A stretch of DNA of 64,000 bases, taken from assembly GCA_965112735.1 (NCBI GenBank), contig OZ218959.1, forward strand, positions 124,001 to 188,000. The letters run 5' to 3'. The position numbers were made by a program, and so were the translations under genes. The DNA comes from Phaeosaccion multiseriatum. Taxonomy: Eukaryota > Protista > Ochrophyta, other classes. Below are positions 48,928-59,982 of the stretch, in pieces; the stretch's first letter is position 1; each line of letters begins with the position of its first letter. Below the pieces are notes generated by a model, which worked only from the letters and a program-made list of their open reading frames with translations, was not told where the DNA came from and searched no databases.

Positions 48928-50982
48928 CTAATCCTCCTGCGCCTCCTTGGCCAGCTCGAAGCCGTACAGACTCATGAGCGCCTTCACCTCCCTCGACATG
49001 GAATCGATGCAGAAGAAGTCCGCTGCCTGCAGAGCCTTCTTCGCTCTCGCGTCGTCGAACAGCTTCACACGCTCCCTCTTGCTCTTTGCTGGGGCCTGAC
49101 TACTGCTCCCACCACCTCTTCTGTCACCGCCGCCACCCACCGTCTCGGAGCTGCTGCTGCTGCTGCTGTTCCCACTGACGCCACCCCTGCCCTCCGTGCT
49201 CAGCAGCCCACGGCGTCCTCGGGTAAGCAGGCTCTTGACGCTACCCGTCGTGACGAACTGCACCACAGCCGCAAAGCCCTCCTCCGTAAAGTCCACCCCG
49301 TCGAACGTCACCTCCACGTTGCCCTTGATGCCCATGAAGCCACGCCCCGCTGGGTCCAGCATGGTGGGGAGACTGCCTGCAGCCCTGTCATGGCTGTCCG
49401 GGCCGTCAGAGCTCCCTCCGCTCTGCCCAGTCTTGTCCATCAGCAGCTCCATCAGGGGTATGCTCAGTGTGTACTGCGTGTCCTTGCTCTTCCCCGTTGT
49501 CCTGTCCACCAAGCGCACTCGCACCACACGGCCCTCCTTGGCGGCCTCAGAGTAGGCAGAGCCGGAGATGTGCCCAGCTATGGTGTTGCAAACACCATCA
49601 GAAGCATCTTGTGCATCCCTTGCGGTGCTGAAGTACGCTCCGATGACATCCCCGCAATCGCTCTCTCCAGCCAAGGCCATGACTGACTTGGTGACGGCAG
49701 CGCCCATCTCCAGCAGCAGTGTCGCCACCTTCTCCCGGCCTTCCTTCCACCCTGACGGATCTGTTTGCCAAAGCAGGGCTGGGATGTTGTCGCCCTTGGC
49801 AGGAGACATGCACACCATCAAGGGGCTAAACTCCTTGGTGGTCAGAGCGTCGACCTCAGCCCCAGCCTCCAGCAGGAGGTACGCAAGCTTTATATTGCCC
49901 AGTGCCGCTGCCACGTGAAGGGGTGCAATGTCATCGTCTCGCTTGGCACTCACATTGGCTCCCGCGGTGATCAGCTCGGCAGCGAAGTCCTCGCTCCTCT
50001 CCTTCAAAGCAGTGTGGAGCGGCGTGTTGTTCTTGGAATCAGCAACATCGAGGGAGGCACCGAGGCGAATGAGCGCCTTCGCAGAGGTTGTATTGCCCCA
50101 CGAAGCAGCCCAGTGAAGAGGAGTCCGCTGATCATCGTCCTTCATGTCCACCGACAGCCCTCGACGGACAAGTAAGTCGATGAGTTCAGGACGGTCAACG
50201 CGAGCGGCTTCGTGCAAGAGAGACATGCCTTGACGGTTTCTCACGTTCACATTCGCGCCTGCATCCAGCAGTAACGCCAGAACTTCTACCCTCTCGCTGC
50301 CGCTGCCGTAGGTCGCCCGCACACAGCCCTGGGCTGGTGTCTCACCTGCTTTTTCTAGCCCATAGTCGTCCTCGGACCCGGCCTTGAGTAGCATCCTCAC
50401 AGACTCAGAACAGCCGGCAATTGCTGCACCGTGCAAGGCGTCGCTGTGCTCCACCCTGGCCCCATGCCTCAAAAGGTACGAAATGATTGTGGGGTGACTT
50501 CCGTACGTAGCATTATTCCAATAGTCACAACCCGCGGCTGCACCCAAGGGAAGCAAGTTAAATCGACCGCACCCTTTGTTCATATCTGCACCCTCCTCCA
50601 CGAGCCCCTTCACCAAAGCGATATGGCCCTTCAGTGCAGCTTGGACCAGCGGAGTTTGCCCATCATCGTAAGGATAATAATCATAAACTTCCTCTCCTCC
50701 TCGTCTCGTATCAATGTCCAGCCCGCAGTCCTTCAGCAGCTTCACGATTCCCCGCATCTGCACCCCCTTATCCTCCAGGGTACTCTGATAGGGTACTCTA
50801 CTCCGACCAGCAAGAGCGTGTAGGGGTGTCACGCCCTTCTCTCTCATCGAGCCAAAGTCGACAGTAGAGAGCACAGCTGCCAGCACGAGCGAAAGATCCT
50901 CCACACCAACGTCCTTCCCCTGGCTGCTGTTCCCATCACGCCACTCCTGAATCCGCTGCAGCGCCTCCTCCATAGGCACCAT
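48928..50982 (-). CDS. Ankyrin-repeat + C-terminal BTB/POZ-like protein, copy B; intact, intronless, 684 aa
   Basis: Single ORF from MVPMEEALQRIQEW; inverted paralog of 27154-29219 with a near-identical C-terminal half. Confidence 0.9.
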   Translation of the reverse strand: MVPMEEALQRIQEWRDGNSSQGKDVGVEDLSLVLAAVLSTVDFGSMREKGVTPLHALAGRSRVPYQSTLEDKGVQMRGIVKLLKDCGLDIDTRRGGEEVYDYYPYDDGQTPLVQAALKGHIALVKGLVEEGADMNKGCGRFNLLPLGAAAGCDYWNNATYGSHPTIISYLLRHGARVEHSDALHGAAIAGCSESVRMLLKAGSEDDYGLEKAGETPAQGCVRATYGSGSERVEVLALLLDAGANVNVRNRQGMSLLHEAARVDRPELIDLLVRRGLSVDMKDDDQRTPLHWAASWGNTTSAKALIRLGASLDVADSKNNTPLHTALKERSEDFAAELITAGANVSAKRDDDIAPLHVAAALGNIKLAYLLLEAGAEVDALTTKEFSPLMVCMSPAKGDNIPALLWQTDPSGWKEGREKVATLLLEMGAAVTKSVMALAGESDCGDVIGAYFSTARDAQDASDGVCNTIAGHISGSAYSEAAKEGRVVRVRLVDRTTGKSKDTQYTLSIPLMELLMDKTGQSGGSSDGPDSHDRAAGSLPTMLDPAGRGFMGIKGNVEVTFDGVDFTEEGFAAVVQFVTTGSVKSLLTRGRRGLLSTEGRGGVSGNSSSSSSSETVGGGGDRRGGGSSSQAPAKSKRERVKLFDDARAKKALQAADFFCIDSMSREVKALMSLYGFELAKEAQED

Positions 50983-51091
50983 GATGGAAAGGTTCACGTG
51001 GAAAGAGACGAAAGAAAAAGGGGGAAAAAAAAAAAAAAAAAAAAAAAAACCAGCCAACTGTGAGTTTTCATCGGACGTTGAACACGTAAAC

Positions 51092-52064
51092 ATGGGACAC
51101 CTTACAAATTTTCTCATGGCCCTCGTTGCGGCCAGAAGGTACCTGAATCGCCTCACAGCTGGGATCGTGGCTCCGCCCTTCGCCTCTACTGGTTTGGGTG
51201 GTCTGGGTGGCCGGGCGCTTGATAGAGAGTCGCCCAAGAAGGTGCTGATTGTTTACGCCCATCCCGCCCCACAGAGCTATACAAGGGTAAGAAACTTTGC
51301 AGACGGAGGACCCCCTGCAACGAATACACCTGCCGTACCCTTCACCACGGTCAAATATTTCCCGTCTCATGTCCTGCAGGCGCTGCTGAATAAGGTGGAG
51401 GTGTCGCTCCAGTCCCAGCAGCAATGCGAGACGCAGACGCTGGACCTGTACGCAGAGGGCTTCGATCCCGCTCTCTCCCTGCACGACCTGTCCAACTACT
51501 TCACCCTCGCTAAGACGGCCCTCGCCGACAGCCCCGTCTCTCCTACTGCCCCTGCAGTCGCTTCCGTCGCTTCAGCCAACAGGGCGCAGGTGCCGCCGTC
51601 TGCTGCTGGCGATGCAAACGACGCAGGCCTGGCCAAGAGAGTGAGACAGCTCAAGTGGGCAGACGGTCTCGTTCTCGTGTACCCGACTTACTGGTATTCT
51701 TTCCCCGCCATTTTGAAGGTAAGCCCTCCCCCTCGCACTGCTGCGGCTCTGGACTGTTGCGGTGCTCACTCGATGCCGCCCTTCGTTACGCAGGGCTATT
51801 TTGACCGCACCTTCCTGCCTGGAGTCGCCTTCGACCTCCGGATGAACGGCAAGCCGGCCCTCGCCCCCCTGCTGCACAACCTGAAGCAGGTACGGCACTC
51901 GCGCAACTGAAGCACCTGCTTGACACGTGATGCAGTGAGAGGCTGTGACCGGCCTTCTGAGAAGATGGCAGCAGATGGCCGACGGAGACTGAGACAAGGG
52001 GGGAGGGTAGGGGGCTTCATCGTATGCTCAACAGAGTTTGTGCGGTCGAGGCCATGGTGTGTGT

Positions 52065-52099
<35 letters not shown>

Positions 52100-52521
52100 C
52101 GTGCGTGCGTGTGCGTGGGCGCGCGAAGTTCCCTAAAGGCCCCCCTTCATCCCTCCGTGCACGGCTCGAAGCTGACGCCCCACCCCCCCCCCGTCTACTG
52201 CCACCCTCTCTTCCATGAACTGCCATCCCCTCCCCCCCCCTCCACTCCACTCTCATTCCTGCTCCCTGCCCTCTCCTCCACTGCCGTACTCCCCTCCACT
52301 CCATCCAGGTGGCCTGCGTGACGACGTACGGCAATTCCATGCAGACCATTCTGTGGTCGGTGGGGGACCCCGCCCGGCGTATCCTGCTCAAGGGGCTCGG
52401 GCCCCTGTTCCACCCCCAGTGCGAGTTCCTTTGGATGCCGCTGTATGAGGTGGACTCTTGCTCAAGGGACGAGAGGGAGGCCTTCCTCCAGCGGGTGGGC
52501 GCCGTCTTTGCCAGATTCTGA
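51092..52521 (+). CDS. NAD(P)H dehydrogenase (quinone), flavodoxin_2 family, 4 exons
   Basis: Exons 51092-51286, 51380-51718, 51794-51889, 52309-52521. Motifs KVLIVYAHP..SY, DLYAEGFDPAL, WADGLVLVYPTYWYSFPAILKGYFDRTFLPGVAF, VTTYG. Confidence 0.92.
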
Positions 52522-52708
52522 GCAGATTCAGAGCGCTATTGCTGGGCAGATTCTGAGCCATTGTTGAGCAGATTCTGAGCTGCTTGTGAGCGAGCACAGG
52601 GCAGCTTCCGATCCGCTGCCTCCGACTGGAGGGACTGGAGGGAGGCTCTTTCCTGCGTGCCTCTCCACACACAGGGACTGGGCCCAGCCTCGGCCTGAGA
52701 TGTTGTCG

Positions 52709-52819
52709 GGCGGGTATGGCAGCTCACGGTACCAGGCGGGTATGGCAGCTCACGGTATACCAGGCGGGTATGGCAGCTCACGGTATACCAGGCGGGTATG
52801 GCAGCTCACGGTACCAGGC
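52709..52819. repeat. ~27-29-bp tandem repeat (ggcgggtatggcagctcacggta[ta]cca) x4
   Basis: Read directly. Confidence 0.9.
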
Positions 52820-53780
52820 GAACACGCCAATGTCTCTCAGAGCAGCGAGGCCGCCAATTGGCGAACTGAGCTGTGAAAGGCGACGTACGATCACATGGCG
52901 CACAAGTGAGTGCCTTCGTCTGCCATCTGCAGGAGCTGTCGGTGCCACGTCCCAGCAAGGGAGGCGGGGCTATCTGTCCAACTGTCTATCTGTCTGTCTA
53001 TCTGTCTGTCCTGCTCAAGAGCCCGGGGAAAGTTCACAAGCTGCTGCAGCAGAGGGGCGTCTCCGCTCGGCAGGCAAGCTGAAGGGGGCTGCTTGACTGC
53101 TTCATACTCGCCATGAGACTGTCGCCCCCCCTTGAGTAGGCAAGCGAGCAGGCAAGCCGTCTAGCAAGCCAGCTGCCAGTCGGCCACCGAGTGAGAGAAG
53201 CTGCCCTGTCTGAAGAGGGCTCCAGGGGGTGCCGTAGGTCGTGTGCCACCGCCGAGGCCGAGGGATTAATGCAGTGCTCGACTAGGGTGGGGCTGCTGCC
53301 CACCACAACTATAGCAGGTACAGCAGTTGGGGCAGTTACAGCAGCCTTGGGGCACAGCCTTGCCAAAGAAGCCTGAGCAGTGGCGTTACAGAAGCCTTCC
53401 CTCTTGGAGCGGAGCCCAGCGGATCCAGAAGTGTATGGGGCTCCACCTTCAGTGCATTGACCTTGCTCGTCAATGCCAAGCACGGATGATGAGGGCTGTA
53501 GCACATAATACCGATAAGAGCATTTTGCGCCTTTGGTACGCTGGAGTCAAAAGGAGGATAAGACACAACCAATTCTTTTTTTTGAAAGCAGTAAGTCAGG
53601 AAGTACGGCCAAGACAGTATGTTGGCCGCCCCTCTGCAGCCGAAGCCGTCAATGTGTTTGCTTGAAGTCATCTACACTTCATCTAGCTGTCCACGGCTAC
53701 TTGTCAACCCTCCTGGGCCGCACTCACATGCCCGCACCCATGCCGACCCCCTGATGCGCTTCTTCAAATGGGTGCTGGAC

Positions 53781-54020
53781 GGCAGTGGAAGGCAATGGAA
53801 GGCAATGGAAGATGCAGTGGAAGGCAGTGGAAGATGCAGTTGAAGGCAATGGAAGGCAGTAGAAGATGCAGGGGAAGGCAGTGGAAGGCAATGGAAGATG
53901 CAGTGGAAGGCAGTGGAAGGCAGTGGAAAGCAATGGAAGATGCAGTGGAAGGCAGTCGAAGGCAGTGGAAGGCAATGGAAGATGCAGTGGAAGGCAGTGG
54001 AAGGCAGTTGAAGATGCAGT
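53781..54020. repeat. Degenerate 10-bp-unit satellite (ggcagtggaa / ggcaatggaa / gatgcagtggaa)
   Basis: Read directly. Confidence 0.9.
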
Positions 54021-54375
54021 CCTACACGTGCTGCAAGCTAGATGCTGCAAGCTAGATGCTGCAAGCTAGACATGCAAGTAAGTCACCGGTAGCTCATAGC
54101 CCCTCACAACTCGTCAGAACCTTCCTTTCATAAGCCCACGACCCCGACGTCCCTGCTCTCGCCTCGCCAGCCTCGTTGGCGCCGAGGGCACAAGGCAGAC
54201 ACTGGAATCTCTCTTGTCTCCCGATGCTCTCAACCTCTTCCCTCCCATCACCCAGGCAAGCTCACTACTAGTGCATGCAGCTGCCGAACTCGTTGGCGAT
54301 GCTCAGGGGTCCACTCGAGCCCTCTTCCTCGATGGCTCTTCTTCCTCCTGCTGCTCGGTCTTGTTCTTCCCCAGC

Positions 54376-54790
54376 TCAAAACCGTACTCGCCAACCAGAC
54401 CAACCCACCACATCCACGGGGGCGCCGCGGCGAATAAGCTTCTTCACGCATGCCAATTGTCCATCCCAAGAGGCCAAGTGAAGCGGATGTTCATGCAATC
54501 CGCTGTTAAATGCGTCGACCTGCAGCCCTCTGCTCACAAGAATGGGGGTGCTCTGCTCATTTCCGGAAAGCGCAGAGAGCCTTGAGCAAGACCAACACAG
54601 CCTCCGGGGTCTGCCCGGCTTGTGAGCCCCTTTTCTCCTCCTTACAGCAGCACTGGGCCGCTGTGTCACCACCCCAATCCGGCTCTACTGCTCTGACCCC
54701 AGCCTTCAACAACATCTTCACACACGAGCGGTCTCCAAGCCGAGCCACAGTATGGCTCCTCTCCCATTTGGTTCCATACTTCAATTTTTT
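54376..54790 (-). pseudogene. Decayed ankyrin-repeat gene of the same family as copies A and B
   Basis: CVKMLLKAG...GGDTAAQCC...EAVLVLLKA and, after a frame change, LVSRGLQVD...HPLHLASWDGQLACVKKLIRRGAPVD. These align by eye to SVRMLLNAG...EGDTPAQFC...EALALLLEA and LVRRGLAVD...LHWAAFYGKPASVKALIRLGASLD. Confidence 0.65.
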
Positions 54791-55330
54791 TTCTTTTTTT
54801 CCTCCCCTGTCTCTCTCCCTGCCTCTACAAGGCCCTTCACCAACTTAAAGTGGCCCCCGATTGAAGCTTGGTGCGAGTAGTCTCACATTTGATGATCTCC
54901 TCCAGTCGGGATGCATTCAAGGAGGGGGGGGGGAGAGAGGGAAAGGGAAAGGAAGAGCAAGAGGTTTCAATTCACTTACAATTACAATTGTACAATTTGT
55001 AAAGAAATGAGGTATCAAATGAGAACCAGGTGTGCGTGTTGGTGCTTCGTTCGATTCACAGTTGGGTCGCGTAACTGGAGGGAAAGAAAAAAAGCAGTCG
55101 AAGGTAAGCAACAGCAATCAATAGAGACTGAGGTGTTAGATAGAATAGTCCTCCGGAGAGAAAGGGGCGCTTGCAGATCTGAGAGACACACCAGCAGAAC
55201 GCAACCTATTGCAATTTTGTGTGTGTTTGACATAGCGACAATTCCTGGTGTGCGAGCTGCAACTAGGCTTGTGCGGCCGCTGATTCGCATGGACAAATCA
55301 GTATCATAGTACAGACCTTTGTTGGTCGTC

Positions 55331-58300
55331 ATGACCACCTCCAGCACCGCCAGTGGTAGGGCAGGAAGAGCGAAGAAGGGGGATGATGATGAGGTTCGGC
55401 CTTGGCATTGGCTGACGCGCACGCTCTGGAGCAAGGCTCCTAGGGAAGCAGACCTCGACAGAGTCGCAGAGAGCACGACAGACAAATGGTCTCCAGGAGG
55501 ACCAGAAGGAAGAGGACAAGGACAAGAAGGACGTACGAGGCACAGGGGATGGGACGCGGGGAAGGGCAAGCTCTTCCTCAGCTCAGTACGCATGCCAGAC
55601 ACCGTTCTGTTTGACCACCGGGGCGAGCCGCACCTCTGGCTGGCCTTCAGCGATACGCATGGCTGCCTGGTGAAGCGATCGTTCTCGGGAATGCAGCGGC
55701 GGCAGGAGCATGGCATGGGGCAGGGGCTCACAGGTCAAGAGGAGAGGACAGGCGTGCAACTCGCGCCGTTGGCTGGTGGTTCTGCTGCGTCGTCCGTGTC
55801 TTCGCTCTCCACTCTACCCCTGTCTCTGCTATCGCTGTCCACCACGGGGCCGATAGAGGCGGCGAAAGCGGCGGCGGCGGCGGCAGAGCAGCTCGGAGGC
55901 GCAGTAGGAGGACGTGAGGAGGAGCTCAGCGAGGCCCAGCTGAATCAGCGACTGCTCACCGTGCAAAGGGCCTTCGAAGTCATCGCCAAGGAAGCCTTCC
56001 TTGCCCACCCTCGGCGAAGAGCTCGGGCCGGGGAGGGAGGGAGGGGAGAGGGAGAGGACGAGGGCGAGGACGAGGACGCAGCCGCCCCTGCACAGCCGCG
56101 AGAGACCGCAGCGGACCCGAGCGGGCACTCACCGGACCAAGAGAGGATAGAGAAGAGAAGACAGAGGCGGGGGAGGAAGAGAGCCGGTAGCAGCAGCGGT
56201 AGCAGCAGCGGTAGCAGCAGCGGCAGCAGCCCTGCCGACTGGGACGAGGATACCCCGGTCTGCGTGGCCTGGCTCAACGACGGCACCAACGAGAAGGTGC
56301 GCATAGGTGCTTCAGCCGTACGCTGCCATCCGACACCCCCCGCCCCTACGTCCTACCCGGGCCCTACTGGGAGCGCTCCCTGAGGTTTGTAACCCACCCT
56401 CCCACCCACCCTCCCACCCTCCCTCCCTCCCTCCTTCCCTCCCTTCCTTCCTCCGTCTGCGCTCAGCTGAGTTGCCGTAGCCTGTCCACCCTCTGCGGCT
56501 ATCACAACTGGCGATCGTCCGTGCTGGGCCTACAGGCCATACCGTACGCTACCCCCTCTGCCTGCGAGATCGGCTCCTTCTTGAAGCGCAAGTGAGTGAG
56601 GCATATATCGCGTGTGGTAGGGCTGCACAGTCTTGTGCTGCTCATGCATGGCTCAAGCTCATTCTCCGCCCGCCTGCCCCATGTGTGTGTGTGTGTGTGT
56701 GTGTGTCCTTGCGTGTGTGTACCTCTCTCTCTCTCTCTGTGTGTGTGTCTGTACATGTATATGACCATGCTTTGCCCCCCCCCCTGATGTACCCCCCCTT
56801 GCTGTACCCCCCAGCCCCTCCGCCTCCAAAGTGCCCTCCAAGGGCCGAAAGAAGGCGCGTCGCAAAGAGGAGTCGGAGAACAAGTCCAAGCCCAGGCCCA
56901 AGCAAGGCAAGAGTCAGAGAGCCCCCGCCGCTGAGCCCCCCTCTGCACGCACGCACCCACGGCCTCTCTTCTCCACGCTGTGTACCGCGCCCCACGGGGA
57001 GGACGGAGCACAACTGGCGACGCGCAACGAAGCGCTCGACGAAACCGTCGGTGACGCGGTGTGGGCGGTTGAGAAGGCGTACACGCACACCCTCAAGGGG
57101 CGAGGGGCCGGGGCCAGAGGGAGAGGGCGGGCTGTGAGTCAGGCTGTGAGTCAGGCTGTGAGTCAGGGGATGGCCGGGGAGGCAGGGGGAGAGCGCCTGG
57201 CCTTGGATGGACGAGGACAGCGGCCCCCCTGGGATCCCAATTGCCGCTTGGCGGTGCAGCAGGTGAGCAAGCATCTGCCCCTCTGTCCCTCGATCCTTCC
57301 ACTGCCCCTCGTCCTTCCCCTTGGTCGTGCCCATTTGCTGCCTTCCCTGCCGCTCGCCTGTTTGTATCGGGCCTCCTTGAAACCTCATCACGTCTGCTGC
57401 CATCCCTTCCTCCCCTCCCCCTCCCAAAATCGATGCCAATATCGATGTCGATGTCGATGTCTTGCCTCCTCAGCTGGAGGCCGAGTTTGTCGTGGACCCC
57501 CGGGGGAGGCGGTGGCTCACACACGCTCGCAAGGTACACGTCTGTGCAGAGGGGAAGCCCCCCTGGGACAGCCCCCTTGGGACATGTTTCCAGACCCCTT
57601 GGACTGGGCGGTCGAAGAGCGAGGGGAAGGGAGGGAGAGGAGGAGGGCAGGAAGTCACCCACTCCGTCACCCAGTGAACCCCTCCCCCCCTCCCTCCCGC
57701 CCCCCCCCAGCTCGCTCACTCACTCACCCACCCTCTCCCCCACTCACCTACTCACTCACTCACTCCCTACCTCCCTCCTCCCCTTTGTCCCTCCCTCCCT
57801 CACTCCATACTCCCTCCCTCCCCTCCCTCCCTCCCTCCCTCCCCTCTGCAGATCGCCGTCCGCCCCATGCAGCTCAACCCCGGGGTGCAATCGGTACTGC
57901 GCAGTGAGCGAGACGAAGCCGCCGCTTTGCAGCAGGCAGAAGCTGCCGCACTCGACCTCAGAGACCTGCTTTGGCTCGGGGGCAGGAAGGGTCTCAGTCG
58001 GGAGCAGATGGGCAGTCACTTCCAGGCCTTCGCGAGGGGTGGGGTGGGCGGGGCGGAGGAGGAGGAGGAGCGGTTGGTGGTACAGCCGCAGCAGGGCAGG
58101 GGTTGGCAGTGCGATGCCAAGGGCCTGAGCGAAGCCATGCAACAGGTGAGTGAGAGCAAGTCGAATACCTCTATCTCTGAATGTCAAAAGCTCTCTCTCT
58201 TTCTGTCTCTCTCTGTCTCTCTTCTTTTCCTCTCTCTGTCTCTTTCTCTCTGTGTCTCTCTCTTCCTCCCTTTCAACTGTCAAAGTGTCGCCCCCAATGC

Positions 58301-59947
58301 GCCATTCCCCCATCTCCGTAAACTCTCCCCCTCTGTGCCTAATCTATTCCTCCGCTGTGTTCTGTGTGTGTCTCTCTCTGCAGCTCGGCGTACATCTGTC
58401 TTCGCGGGCCACTTTCCACCTGCTGCAGCTCCTCACAGCCCCAAGGAGAGCCGCAGCAGTTGGTGGTACAGCAGGGGCAGCGAGGAAGGGAGAGGAGGGG
58501 GAGGGGAGCTTCCGCCCCAACCAAAAGGCCCAGTTTCTCACAGAGGAGGACGTGTGGCTTTTTGGCGGGGGGGGAGAGGAGGAAGGGGAGGAGGAAGAGG
58601 AGAGCATCGCCATCTGTAAGCCCTCGCGCGAGGCCCCAGGGGGGAGGGGGGCGGCCGGCAAGGGCAGGAGGAGGAAGCGCGGAGAATGTGCGAGTAATGC
58701 GTCTGTCTCCGTCCCTGTGGAGGGCGGTGGCCGCCTTGGGTCAGGGTCAGGCTCAGGCTCAGGGCTAGGGTCTCGGCTAGGGGCGAAGGAGAGAGAGGTG
58801 AGGTTCAAAAGTAATGGCCTGGGCACAAGCAATGGCATGGGCACTGAGACTCCTGGCGGCCGTGGGGTGGGGAGGAAGCGAGCCTGGGGAGAACAAGACA
58901 ATGCCGCTGAGGCCGTAGGAGGGGCAGTTGCTGATGCAGCGGTTGGTCATACGGCACGAGGGGCAGCAGCAGCAGCAGGAGGAGGAGGAGGAGGAGGAGG
59001 GGGAGGGGGGGGTGGGGAGCAGCTACCGAGGACAGAAGGCTCAAGCTGGAGCAAGCTGCGGCGGGAAGTGCTGGAGAGAGGGGGGGGAGAGGAGGGGGAG
59101 GAGAAGGAGAAGGAGGAGCAGCAGCGGGCCTTCCAGGAGAGGCTTAGAGAGCATCTGGGACTTGCGCAGGTGAGAGAGATGAGAGCGATCGCCTCATTCG
59201 ACAGGGACACTGTCCTTCCATCCCATTGGGGGCGGCAGGAGGAGGAGGAGGAGGGGCAGGAGGGGGCTGACCCACAGTGCGTAACTGCCAGACTGCCAGA
59301 CTGACTGACTGACTGACTGCCTGCCTGCCTGCCTGCCTGACTGACTGACTGACTGACTGACTGACTGCCTGCCTGACTGACTGCCAGACTGACCGACTGA
59401 CTGACTGACTGACTGACTGCCTGACTGTCTGATTACCTGGCTGCACATATGCCTCTCTTGACTGCCCATATGCCTGTCTTTGCCTGCCTACCCATGGCCT
59501 GACCGCCTCCATGGCCTGCCTGCCTCCCCACGGCCTGCTTAGATGGACTCAAAGTCTCTGCCTGACTGCCCATACGCTTCTGCCTGACTGCCCATATGCC
59601 TCTCTCTGCCTGCCTGCCCATATGCCTCTCTCTGCCTGCCTGCCTGCTTAGATGGACTCAAAGTCTCTGTCTGAGCTGCGCGAGCTCAGCACCGAGGTGC
59701 TTGGGGTGCCCGTGGAGCCGGGAATAGAGGCGTATGGGCAGGGAGAGGGGGAGGGGGAGGGGTATGTGGGGAGCGGCCACGACGAGGTACTGCAAGTGGA
59801 CTGCGGGCTCGTCATCACGTACAGGATTCTTCGCCGCTCGAGCGCCAGCACTGAGCATGCTGACGATACTGACGCTGCTATCGAGAGCGACTCGACTTCC
59901 ACCCAAAGCCATCGGCCCAGCTTCGGGGGAGGGGCAGGAAGAGGATG

Positions 59948-59982
<35 letters not shown>

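Noticed and set aside
51026-51049. Poly-A as a retrocopy tail of the ankyrin gene
   Set aside because: It lies at the 5' side of copy B, not the 3' end.
50983-51237. N-terminal extension of the 769-aa ORF (with poly-Phe)
   Set aside because: Reads through the A24 tract and antisense to the quinone reductase; paralog homology starts at MEEALQ.
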